Part shown: piece after piece, positions 30,728-39,650 of the stretch
Position numbering within the stretch: the first letter of the stretch is position 1
How the letters are laid out: each line of letters starts with the position of its first letter
Position numbers and translations under genes: made by a program
Notes under the pieces: model-generated
The model's database searches: none
Told to the model about the DNA's origin: nothing
The model's input: only the letters and a program-made list of their open reading frames with translations
Source: Gammaproteobacteria bacterium
GTDB taxonomy: Bacteria > Pseudomonadota > Gammaproteobacteria > GCA-001735895
Direction of reading: 5' to 3'
DNA: 52,971 bases
Assembly (NCBI GenBank): GCA_050298595.1
Contig: JBNKUM010000021.1
Location: forward strand, 1-52,971

Positions 30728-31198
30728 ATGAATGGTGACGACGTGAACTGTCCCTGTCAGTCGGGAAAAAAATATGCTGCCTGCTGCGAGCGTTTTATAA
30801 CACAACAAGCGCTGCCTGAAAATGCCGAACAGTTAATGCGTTCGAGATATTCCGCCTATGTACTAAAGCAGCTCGATTATCTGCTGGATACCTGGCAGCC
30901 GTTGTATCGTCCGGCCGAGCTGGCACTAGATGACTCGATCCGTTGGCTGGGCTTAACCATAATCGATGCGCCACCTGTTGAGGATGGCTATGCCATTGTC
31001 GAGTTTGAAGCCCGGATGCTGGTTGGTGGTACGGTCGATGCGATGCATGAGAGAAGCAGGTTTGTGCTGGAGCAGGGCCGCTGGCTATATACCAGTGGTG
31101 AAATGCTTACACCGAGTTTCCAGAGCTGGAAACCCGGTAGAAATGAAACCTGCCCCTGTGGCAGCGGCAAAAAATTTAAGCGTTGCTGTAACGTCTAA
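30728..31198 (+). CDS. ychJ: YchJ/SEC-C motif protein
   Basis: CPCQSGKKYAACC, AEQLMRSRYSAY, HERSRF, GRNETCPCGSGKKFKRCC. Confidence 0.9.
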   Translation: MNGDDVNCPCQSGKKYAACCERFITQQALPENAEQLMRSRYSAYVLKQLDYLLDTWQPLYRPAELALDDSIRWLGLTIIDAPPVEDGYAIVEFEARMLVGGTVDAMHERSRFVLEQGRWLYTSGEMLTPSFQSWKPGRNETCPCGSGKKFKRCCNV

Positions 31199-31204
31199 GG
31201 ATAT

Positions 31205-31618
31205 TTAGTCCTGTTTGAAACAGGGGAATATCTTGGTTTCTTCAAAAGTGATGCGCTCACACACCAGTTTAAACATTTCACGAGATTCATCGACGTATTT
31301 GATGTGTTTAGCTTCGGAGTGGGGTTTGCTGCACCAGTCACGTGTATATATATTGAAGAGGCGTTTTAATTCCTGTGTATTGCCCAGGAAGTGATCCGCT
31401 AGTACGTCAGCTTCGTGGGTGTGTTTTTTGAGTAAGTCTCGATAAATAGAACGGTCTTCATGAGCTAGGTGTGCCTTCACTTTAGTGACAAAGCGATCAA
31501 GTAATTCACAGATAATTCTGTTGTTTCTCAGGCTGTGATGGTCTATAGAAACGCCAAGAATTGTACATAGATCTTTTATTTCACGGTTTTCAGCCGTAAA
31601 CTCATCAATCGGTATCAT
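31205..31618 (-). CDS. Hemerythrin-like (HHE) domain protein, paralogue of 27114-27560
   Basis: HLAHED..IY and RITFEE..IFP. Confidence 0.65.
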   Translation of the reverse strand: MIPIDEFTAENREIKDLCTILGVSIDHHSLRNNRIICELLDRFVTKVKAHLAHEDRSIYRDLLKKHTHEADVLADHFLGNTQELKRLFNIYTRDWCSKPHSEAKHIKYVDESREMFKLVCERITFEETKIFPCFKQD

Positions 31619-31683
31619 TGTTTACCCCTTATTTAAGATTTTTGTAATTTAGCACTCGATACCTGAGTGGCAAATGACAAGAG

Positions 31684-33132
31684 TCAACTCTTAAGGGTGC
31701 TGATGAGTCCCCCCAGTTGCTGTATTGCCAGTTCATTTTGTTCGTTCCAGGGTGAGCCGCAATTAATACGGATGTAATTGCGAAATTTACGCGTGGCTGA
31801 AAACAGCATGCCTGGTGTAATCCCGATATTGTGTTCCAGTGCCAGAGTGTATACATCGAAGCAATTGATACCACGCGGTAGTTCTACCCATAATACAAAT
31901 CCCCCCTGTGGATCCGAGATGCGAGTACCTTCGGGGAATTCCCTGGCAATCATAAAGCGAGCCTTGTCTACCTGAGATTTGAATGCCTTGCGCAGGCGTG
32001 CAAGATGTCGGTCGTATTGTCCGCTGCGTAAAAACTCAGCCAGTGCCAGTTGCTGTAGCGAGGGAGCAGAGGATGAGCTGGCCTGCTTCCATTCCAGTAG
32101 ACGATCATGGTACTTGCCGCCGATAACCCAGCCCATTCTGAAACCGGGGGCCAGGGTCTTGGAAAAAGATGAGCAGGCTAAAACGCTGCCATCCTTGTCA
32201 TAACGCTTGGTCAGGCCAGGGCGCTCATCTCCAAAATACAGGTCACCGTAAACATCATCATCAATCAGCGGTATATTTCGTGCCTGCAGGGTTTCCACCA
32301 GGCGCTTCTTATTGGCCTCAGGCATTAGCGAGCCAGAAGGGTTATTAAAGTTGGGTACGATCAGCATGGCGGTAACATCCATCGTATCCAGAGCAAATTC
32401 CAGCGAATCAAAGTTAATGCCTGTTTCCGGATCGGTATCAATCTCCAGTGCCAGCATACCCAGTTTTTCGATCAGCCTAAGCACCGAGAAATAGGTGGGT
32501 GATTCAACCGCAATAATATCCCCGCGTTTGGCCAGAGTTTGCAGAGACAGTGACATGGCCTCGGTAGCACCGTTGGTAATAATGATGTCATCGGCAGGTA
32601 CATTGATACCGATTTCACTGTAACGTAATGCGATCTGGTGGCGCAGTTTTTCTTCACCGGGTGGGAAACTGTAATCCAGACAGGCGTGTGGATGGCGACT
32701 TATCGCATTGCGGGTTTCGCGCATCAGTGCTTTGACCGGCATCAGCTCTATCGAAGGTTTGGCGGCAGCAAAAGGGGCAATTCTTGGGTTGTTTGAAATC
32801 ATGAATATGTCTTCAAACAGTTGCCCGAAACGCACTTTTCGAGGTTGCACGGATGCTGAAATAATAGGTTTAGGGGTTTCAATGGACTGGTTCATGTCGG
32901 CGTTGATATAAAAGCCTGATTGCGGCCGCGCCTTTAGTACGCCTTTGTCTTCCAGTTGCACGTAAGCCTGGTTGATGGTTGAAATACTGACCTTCAGGGT
33001 CTGGCTCAACTTGCGTAATGAAGGTGCGCGATCCCCTGGTTTGAGGGTGCCATTTCCAATCATCTTCATGATGTAGTCAGAAACCTGATCGTATTTAAAC
33101 TGATTTGAGTCTGAACTGCTCGATATTTGCAT
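31684..33132 (-). CDS. MocR/GntR-family regulator with PLP aminotransferase domain
   Basis: PGDRAPSLR..S..T...AY..LE HTH; DDVYGDL; SFSKTLAPGFRMGW. Confidence 0.92.
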   Translation of the reverse strand: MQISSSSDSNQFKYDQVSDYIMKMIGNGTLKPGDRAPSLRKLSQTLKVSISTINQAYVQLEDKGVLKARPQSGFYINADMNQSIETPKPIISASVQPRKVRFGQLFEDIFMISNNPRIAPFAAAKPSIELMPVKALMRETRNAISRHPHACLDYSFPPGEEKLRHQIALRYSEIGINVPADDIIITNGATEAMSLSLQTLAKRGDIIAVESPTYFSVLRLIEKLGMLALEIDTDPETGINFDSLEFALDTMDVTAMLIVPNFNNPSGSLMPEANKKRLVETLQARNIPLIDDDVYGDLYFGDERPGLTKRYDKDGSVLACSSFSKTLAPGFRMGWVIGGKYHDRLLEWKQASSSSAPSLQQLALAEFLRSGQYDRHLARLRKAFKSQVDKARFMIAREFPEGTRISDPQGGFVLWVELPRGINCFDVYTLALEHNIGITPGMLFSATRKFRNYIRINCGSPWNEQNELAIQQLGGLISTLKS

Positions 33133-33174
33133 AACAATTTCCTAATTGTTCTGGTTACATATTTAATTGATTGT

Positions 33175-33193
33175 AACTGTTATTATTACAGTT
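33175..33193. promoter_or_regulatory. Putative MocR-regulator binding site
   Basis: AACTGT-N7-ACAGTT in the divergent intergenic region. Confidence 0.55.
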
Positions 33194-33245
33194 TGCTGTC
33201 TATTATTGCATCATTAATTAACTAACTCGATTTTTGGAGGTCGAT

Positions 33246-33449
33246 ATGACAATTTTGGCACATAATAAACAGTTTCAAAGTTTCTCTTTGCTGCATACTC
33301 TTTCTGTCATTGCTGGCCTGATGCAGAAATGGATAGACGTGGCTCACCAACGTAAACAACTAGCTGATTTAGATGCACATATGCTGCGTGATATCGGTAT
33401 AGATGAAGAATATGTGAGAAAGGAAATCAATAAGCCTTTCTGGAAGTGA
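33246..33449 (+). CDS. DUF1127 small protein
   Basis: QRKQLADLDAHMLRDIGI...KPFWK; ATG 33246 after GGAGG. Confidence 0.9.
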   Translation: MTILAHNKQFQSFSLLHTLSVIAGLMQKWIDVAHQRKQLADLDAHMLRDIGIDEEYVRKEINKPFWK

Positions 33450-33523
33450 TTTTTTAAACCTGGTTTCGGTCAACCGAAACAGGTCAGTTTTAAACAGTAA
33501 TCTATCCCCTCAGAGCACTGTTC

Positions 33524-33553
33524 ACCCTCTGTCACCCCGACAGGGGGTTTTTT
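33524..33553 (+). terminator. Rho-independent terminator
   Basis: ACCCTCTGTC-acccc-GACAGGGGGT-TTTTT. Confidence 0.75.
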
Positions 33554-33699
33554 ATGGATTTAATAATATTTCTGATTACCTATAAGTATTCACCGTTATA
33601 ACTTCAAAAATCATTTCACCACCGAGGACACGGAGGCCATAGAGAGATAATAATCCAGGTTACCATCATATTTTAATGTACTGTAGCAAACCGCGTGCG

Positions 33700-34185
33700 C
33701 TATTCTTCAAGGCTTTGCAAAAACTTTTTTAACAGCGTATTGAGGCGCTTTTGTTCATCCTTTGACAAGCCCGAGGTCAGTTGTTCCTGCGTGGCTACAT
33801 GGTCCGTTACCGCAGCATCGATGAGCTTAAAACCTGCTTTGGTCAGGGAGACGACGACGCTGCGACCATCGTCCGGATTTTTGATACGCTCGACCAGACC
33901 GACCCTGGTCAGTTGATCAATGCGGTTGGTCATGGTGCCGGAGGTGACCATCGTCGAACTGATCAGGTCATTGGGTGACAGAGCGTAAGGCGGGCCAGAG
34001 CGGCGCAGAGTTGCCAGCACATCGAAGTTGGCTGCATTCAGGCCGTGCTCCGTAAATGTTAGGGTCATCCCCAGACCAAGAAATTTATAAATCCGGGCTA
34101 AACGGCCAATGAGTTCCATCGAACTCACATCCAGATCTGGTCGCTCCTGGGCCCATTGCTTTATTACTTTGTCGACTCTATCCAT
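33700..34185 (-). CDS. pecS: MarR-family regulator PecS (UrtR type)
   Basis: N-terminal QWAQERPDLD, FDVLATLRRSG, TSGTMTNRID; divergent from pecM. Confidence 0.8.
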   Translation of the reverse strand: MDRVDKVIKQWAQERPDLDVSSMELIGRLARIYKFLGLGMTLTFTEHGLNAANFDVLATLRRSGPPYALSPNDLISSTMVTSGTMTNRIDQLTRVGLVERIKNPDDGRSVVVSLTKAGFKLIDAAVTDHVATQEQLTSGLSKDEQKRLNTLLKKFLQSLEE

Positions 34186-34206
34186 ACAGCGAATTATTTC
34201 AGGCTT

Positions 34207-34253
34207 TTATCTTGACTTCAAGATAAATCCGGTGATATCTTGAGGTCAAGATA
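34207..34253. promoter_or_regulatory. Two palindromic PecS operators
   Basis: TTATCTTGA-CT-TCAAGATAA (34207-34226) and TATCTTGA-GG-TCAAGATA (34236-34253). Confidence 0.85.
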
Positions 34254-34271
34254 AATAGGCGGAATAAATCC

Positions 34272-35183
34272 ATGCCACGCTATTCAAATTTTTTGTTGAC
34301 TGCTATTGCCCCGATAATCTGGGGCAGTACTTATTACGTTACCACTGAATTCCTGCCCGCAGGTTACCCATTAACAGTTGCAATGCTGCGTGCCTTGCCA
34401 ATCGGGCTGTTGTTTTTGTTTGTGGTTCGCCAGCTACCGTCAGGCTTCTGGTGGTTCCGGGTTTTGCTGCTGGGTGGGCTCAATTTCTCGTTATTCTGGT
34501 GGATGTTGTTTGAATCAGCTTATCGTTTACCCGGTGGAATTGCCGCAACTGTGGGCGCGATACAGCCATTAATTGTCGTTTTCCTGGCGCGTTTTCTGCT
34601 AGGCTCGCCGATACGTGCTCTGGCAATCGGTGCGGCTATTCTGGGACTTGTCGGTGTGGCAGTTCTGGTCATTACCCCGCAAGCGAGTCTCGATAAACTG
34701 GGTATTGCCGCAGGAATGACGGGCGCTATGTCGATGGCGCTCGGAATGGTGTTGGCGCGCAAATGGCAGCCGCCTGTGTCCCTGTTGACCTTCACCAGTT
34801 GGCAACTGGTTGCGGGTGGGTTGATACTACTTCCCGCCACGATCTGGTTCGAACCGCCTCTACCGGCTCTGACAACCTCAAATCTGATGGGCTTGATTTA
34901 TCTTGGCGCAATAGGGGCCGGATTGACCTATATGCTCTGGTTTAGAGGTCTATCGAGAATCGAGCCATCAGCTATCTCCACGTTGGGCTTTTTGAGTCCT
35001 CTATCAGCGGTGATTATCGGTTGGCTATTGCTGGATCAAACGCTTAACGCGATGCAGATCGGCGCAGTCTTCATCGTCTTCATCAGCGTCTGGTTGAGTC
35101 AACGCGCGAGTCGTGCACGTAGCTATGTCGAGAATAGTCAACCGATACGCAAGCTTCAGCCCGCAGCGGAAAGCTGCAATTAA
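34272..35183 (+). CDS. pecM: EamA/DMT transporter PecM
   Basis: APIIWGSTYYVTTEFLP, LRALPIGL, AYRLPGGIAA. Confidence 0.82.
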   Translation: MPRYSNFLLTAIAPIIWGSTYYVTTEFLPAGYPLTVAMLRALPIGLLFLFVVRQLPSGFWWFRVLLLGGLNFSLFWWMLFESAYRLPGGIAATVGAIQPLIVVFLARFLLGSPIRALAIGAAILGLVGVAVLVITPQASLDKLGIAAGMTGAMSMALGMVLARKWQPPVSLLTFTSWQLVAGGLILLPATIWFEPPLPALTTSNLMGLIYLGAIGAGLTYMLWFRGLSRIEPSAISTLGFLSPLSAVIIGWLLLDQTLNAMQIGAVFIVFISVWLSQRASRARSYVENSQPIRKLQPAAESCN

Positions 35184-35189
35184 ATTAGT

Positions 35190-36141
35190 ATTACGGTGAC
35201 AGTTTACTAAATATACTTAATATGTCATTCAGCGCTATATGGCGCGATTACCCAGGATTGTTATACCCGGCTACCTCACCACGTAACTCAACGAGGGAAC
35301 CGACGAAATAAAGTCTTCTTTGAAGAAGGAGATTATGCGCTGTATCTGGATCTTCTGAGTGAAGCAGCACAAAAAGCCGAAACCGAAATCCGGTGCTACT
35401 ATCGGATGCCTGACCTTGTTCATCTTATCGCAAGTCCCTCCCATACAGACGGATTACGTGAGACCTTTACTAACGCAAATCGTCGTTATATAGGCCATAT
35501 CAATACACACATGAGGGTGACAGGACATTTGTGGCAGAGGTGCTTTGGTTCAGTTGTGATGGATGAAAAGCATCTAGAGCATGCGGCGCGTTACGTTTCT
35601 CTCAATCCTGTTCTCCAGGCTCGTTCAGCAAGCACAGGACTGGAAATGGTCAAGTGTTGCCGCCCACCTATCGTGCAAAAACGATAAACTGGTAAAAGTA
35701 GGGCCTGTACTGAATGGCACTTACTTAAGCAGAAAACTGTCTTCGCGAGCGTTAGCGCGGCGATCTCTAAACAGTGCTGAGACCATCTGCCGAAAGAGAT
35801 TGCCACGTCGCAAGCTCGGCTCTGGCTTCCTGCTTCGCCCTAACACCTACATCCATATAGGCGTCCTCGCAATGACGTCGTGTTAGCCTTAAGTAAGTGC
35901 CATTCGGGACTATACTTGAACGTTATGGGGCTTTAAAGAATTTCTCAGCGAAACCTCAGAAGATTCAGCGGCATTCAAGTCGCTTCGTCAATCTGAAACA
36001 ACGGGTCGTCCATTAGGCAGCGAAGATAGGATTGATAAGATTGAGAAAGTGATCGGTAGAGCGCTAAAACCTCAAAAGAGAGGACTCAGGAAAAAGGCCA
36101 AATCGAATAAATAAGTGTCTTTAGCAAACTGTCAGCGTAAT
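35190..36141 (+). mobile_element. HUH/Y1 (RAYT-like) tyrosine-transposase element with terminal inverted repeats, copy 1 (pseudogene about 35239-36114)
   Basis: MARLPRIVIPGY then frameshift; HHVTQRGNRR; HUH decayed to DLVH; YVSLNPV; ends ATTACGGTGACAGTTTACTAAA / TTTAGCAAACTGTCAGCGTAAT. Confidence 0.85.
35712..35905. mobile_element. MITE (194 bp) with 18-bp TIR inside Y1 copy 1
   Basis: TIR GAATGGCACTTACTTAAG / CTTAAGTAAGTGCCATTC; flanks GGGCCTGTACT / GGGACTATACT (11-bp TSD, 2 mismatches). Confidence 0.85.
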
Positions 36142-37185
36142 TACTAAATAGGAGTGGCAATTGAAAGGTCAGCCACAAAAACCCGTTTGATGGATTCTCA
36201 CGCAGTATAAATTGCGGTAATAAAAAACTAAAAAACCTGTCAAGTATGTCACAGAATATTCCCTCAGCATGGCTTTGCTGGGTGACTTTAAAGCAGAAAT
36301 GGATGGTATTTATAACTCAGTGATAGCAGTGAAATATTTAATGGGGGCAGAGTTTAAGTGATGTATACAACGCAGAGTTTAAGGCGATTTTCTTACAAAA
36401 TTCATATGCTCTGGTTGTCATGATAAAGCGCGATTTGATATGCCTTAAGAACCTCTGATCAACAGGCAAACTACAGCCTGGCTTCAATCACTGATCACAG
36501 AGGTCAGGCTGAATCACATTCAAAAAAATTATACCCCCACTCGATTGTTAAAGGTTAAAAGTGTTAAAAGGTCTGATTTAAATTTGTGCGATAAGTCTCA
36601 CAATATTTTACGTTCTTATGTGTAGAGCCTGTCTTTATGAAAACTGATATTGATTTTTTAAATGTCAAGCATTTGATTATTGAACTTTGAGTAAAGATAT
36701 TCCTGCTGTGAATGTTGGGCTAAAGCAGATTTATCGTCATAAAACAGTCTCAGTTTCACAGTTTATCAGTAGCAGTGGGCCAGGTATTTATAAATGGGGA
36801 CTGACTGAATGATGCGTTTAAAAAATATGAATTTGAGTTGATATTAGAGATGAATTTATGAGTATAAAAGAACCCCGTCAAATAAATAATTAGTCAAGTA
36901 TCTGTTAATGGGGACAGACTTAAATGAGTGTGTTCATTATCAAACAGGTTCCTATTTCGATAAATTTCGATCCATATGACCCTACTTGAATTCAGGAGAT
37001 TGGCCGTATAGGATTTAGGTTAGTAGCGTTGGGCAACTTTTCGAATGAAGTAATAAAGAGCGTTTAACAAATCAGGAATTAGAATCCTGAATGTGCTTTT
37101 GGGAAGAGGCTACTTTTAAATTTATTGTTCTGCGTAATTACTGCGATCAGGTCAGTTTAAGCGCAATACCAGATGGAGTCTTCAA

Positions 37186-39510
37186 ATGATTTATCGTAGT
37201 CAACAGTCACAGCCTCGCTTGCTATTCTCAAGCCTGGTTCTTTTACTGACTTTTATAATAAGTGGCTGTTCCCAGGATGATGGCTCGTCCAGCAACACGG
37301 ATCCTACACCGATCCCAACACAGGTTCCAACTCAGGTTCCAACACAGGTCCCAACTCAGGTTCCAACACAGGTTCCAACACAGGTTCCAACTCAGGATCC
37401 AGTCACACCAATCAATCAGCAGCCGAGCGCCAGGATCGCAGCACCTCAGAGCGCTACCTCAGGTGAGACGGTCACGCTGGATGGCAGCGGCTCATCCGAC
37501 CCGGATGGAGACACCCTCAGCTACCAATGGAATAAAACTGCAGGGCCGGACATCATGCTTTCAAATACTGCAGGCAGCAGCCTCAGCTTTTTAGCGCCGT
37601 CAGTAGCACAAACCCAACTGATTAGTTTTCAATTGACCGTGCATGATGGCGAACTCTCCAATAGCACCAGCGTGAGTGTGCAGATCTCACCCATACCCGA
37701 CAATAGCGCCCCATCGATTGTCTCCAGATTACCTCAGCAGGATCAGATCGATGTATCGCCCTCGGTACAGATCCGTGTTGACTTTGATGAGGCACTGCTT
37801 GCAAGCAGCGTTAATAATCAGAGTTTAGTGGTTAGCCAGGATGGTAATCCAGTCGCCGGTAGTGTGAGCTATGATAGTAGCAGTCACAGCGTCACGTTCC
37901 AGTCGACATCAGCGCTCTCGGGTGGCATCAGCTATACAGTTAATCTTGCACAGAGCATTACCGATGTTGCGGGTAACGCCTTTGCTGGGGAAAGCTGGAG
38001 TTTCACTACCGGGGTTTGCGCCACTGCTGGTGAGAATACCAGCCTGACCTTGACCTGCCCCAGCGGCCAGGTCATCAATGAGGTTAAATACGCTAGCTAC
38101 GGTACACCGGGAGGTTCCTGCGGATCCTTCACTACGGGTGCATGCAATGCAGGCAATTCGGAGAAAGTGGTAGCGGATGCCTGTATGGGAATGGATGTCT
38201 GTACCTTGCAGGCCAGCAATGATACCTTCGGTGATCCTTGCAGTGGTACGGGCAAGGAACTGGCCGCACAGGTAGCCTGTGGTATGGCACCGGATCCGAC
38301 TCCGACGCCTATTCCAGCACCTTCCGAATGCAGCACCGCCTGGGACACCATTGGCGACAAAGGAGACGACCTTGCCTTGACGCCGCCCATGGGTTGGAAT
38401 AGCTGGAATGTGTTTCATGAAAACATCAACGAGCAGCAGATCAAACAAATCGCCGATGCCATGGTCAGCTCGGGGATGAAGGACGCGGGTTATCAGTATA
38501 TCAATCTAGACGACAACTGGATGGGAGCACGGCAAAACGGCAAGTTGACGGTGGATAGGTCGCGTTTTCCCAATGGCATAGACGGACTCGCAGATTACAT
38601 TCATGGTCTGGGGCTGAAACTTGGCATCTATGGCGATCGAGGCGTTGAGACCTGCCATAATTTCTACAATAAGATCCCTAAGAATAGCGGCAGTTACGGA
38701 CACGAGGAAGTTGATGCCCAGACCTTCGCGTCCTGGGGGGTTGACTATCTAAAATACGACAACTGCGGTCCGGCACAGGGTAGAGGGGGTGACCAGGCAC
38801 AGCGAGAAGATTACGAAGCCATGGGGGCCGCTTTGCGGGCAACAGGCAGACCGATTGTATACAGCATCTGCGCCTGGGACTACAAGAGCTGGATGCCATC
38901 TGTTGGGCACCTGTGGCGAAGTACAGGTGACATCGGTCCTTGTTTCAGCGATGACAACGGCTGCAGCGACTGGTTCCGAAATGTTGACCAGATTATTGAC
39001 GAGAACAACGACTCTCCAGATGCCGCCGGCCCCGGGCACTGGAACGATCCCGACATGCTCGAGGTCGGCAATTCGGGTCTTTCCGACACCGAAGCCACTG
39101 CACACTTTAGCATGTGGGCCATTATGGCGGCGCCGCTGATTGCAGGCAATGACCTTCGAAACATGAGCGACACCATCCGAAATATACTAACAAACCAGGA
39201 AGTCATCGATGTGGACCAGGACCCCGCCGGAATACAGGGTACCCGTGTGGTGGATAACGGCGATCAGGAAGTTTGGATGAAACCGCTTTGCACACCGGAC
39301 GGCACCGAAAAAGCGGTAGCGCTGTTCAACCGGGGCGGTCGCACATCGAAAATAACAGTTTCATTCAGAGATATTGGTATCAGTGGGGCGGCAACGGTAC
39401 GCGACCTTTGGGCGCATCAGGATATGGGAGAATTTAATGGTTCTTACTCTGCCGACGTATCCTCCCACGGTGTTGTGATGCTCAAAATCAGTGCGACCAA
39501 CGGAAAATAG
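37186..39510 (+). CDS. Multidomain lipoprotein alpha-galactosidase (PKD-like + Ig-like + SUEL lectin + GH27)
   Basis: Lipobox ISGC; LDGSGSSDPDGD; Cys-rich LTCP...ASYGTP..CG...C...FGDPC; GH27 TPPMGWNSWN, NLDDNW, YLKYDNC, WRSTGD, WNDPDMLEVG. Confidence 0.92.
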   Translation: MIYRSQQSQPRLLFSSLVLLLTFIISGCSQDDGSSSNTDPTPIPTQVPTQVPTQVPTQVPTQVPTQVPTQDPVTPINQQPSARIAAPQSATSGETVTLDGSGSSDPDGDTLSYQWNKTAGPDIMLSNTAGSSLSFLAPSVAQTQLISFQLTVHDGELSNSTSVSVQISPIPDNSAPSIVSRLPQQDQIDVSPSVQIRVDFDEALLASSVNNQSLVVSQDGNPVAGSVSYDSSSHSVTFQSTSALSGGISYTVNLAQSITDVAGNAFAGESWSFTTGVCATAGENTSLTLTCPSGQVINEVKYASYGTPGGSCGSFTTGACNAGNSEKVVADACMGMDVCTLQASNDTFGDPCSGTGKELAAQVACGMAPDPTPTPIPAPSECSTAWDTIGDKGDDLALTPPMGWNSWNVFHENINEQQIKQIADAMVSSGMKDAGYQYINLDDNWMGARQNGKLTVDRSRFPNGIDGLADYIHGLGLKLGIYGDRGVETCHNFYNKIPKNSGSYGHEEVDAQTFASWGVDYLKYDNCGPAQGRGGDQAQREDYEAMGAALRATGRPIVYSICAWDYKSWMPSVGHLWRSTGDIGPCFSDDNGCSDWFRNVDQIIDENNDSPDAAGPGHWNDPDMLEVGNSGLSDTEATAHFSMWAIMAAPLIAGNDLRNMSDTIRNILTNQEVIDVDQDPAGIQGTRVVDNGDQEVWMKPLCTPDGTEKAVALFNRGGRTSKITVSFRDIGISGAATVRDLWAHQDMGEFNGSYSADVSSHGVVMLKISATNGK
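37315..37398 (+). repeat. 7 x 12-bp in-frame tandem repeat encoding a PTQV linker
   Basis: CCAAC(A/T)CAGGT(T/C) six times plus CCAACTCAGGAT. Confidence 0.95.
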
Positions 39511-39650
39511 CTGTCTTTCCATTTCAATTACAAACTGTCACTGTTGTTCGGTCAGTAACCGCATCGCGGTTGGACCACAACAGGGACGCAAGGTGTTCAG
39601 AGGTTGCAGACTCTGGCATCCTGGGAAGTGGATGATCGAATTGCCCAGAT

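Noticed and set aside
35406-35886. ORFs 35406-35687, 35581-35886, 35591-35806 and mirror ORFs at 39701-40166 as genes
   Set aside because: Fragments of the broken Y1 transposase or read-through of the palindromic MITE
36142-37185. 1-kb AT-rich gap as ncRNA or hidden gene
   Set aside because: No ORF of 60 aa or more in the track and no recognisable RNA motif; only short unassignable remnants
37315-37398. Tandem repeat as CRISPR array
   Set aside because: 12-bp units without spacers, in frame in a Pro/Thr linker; no cas genes
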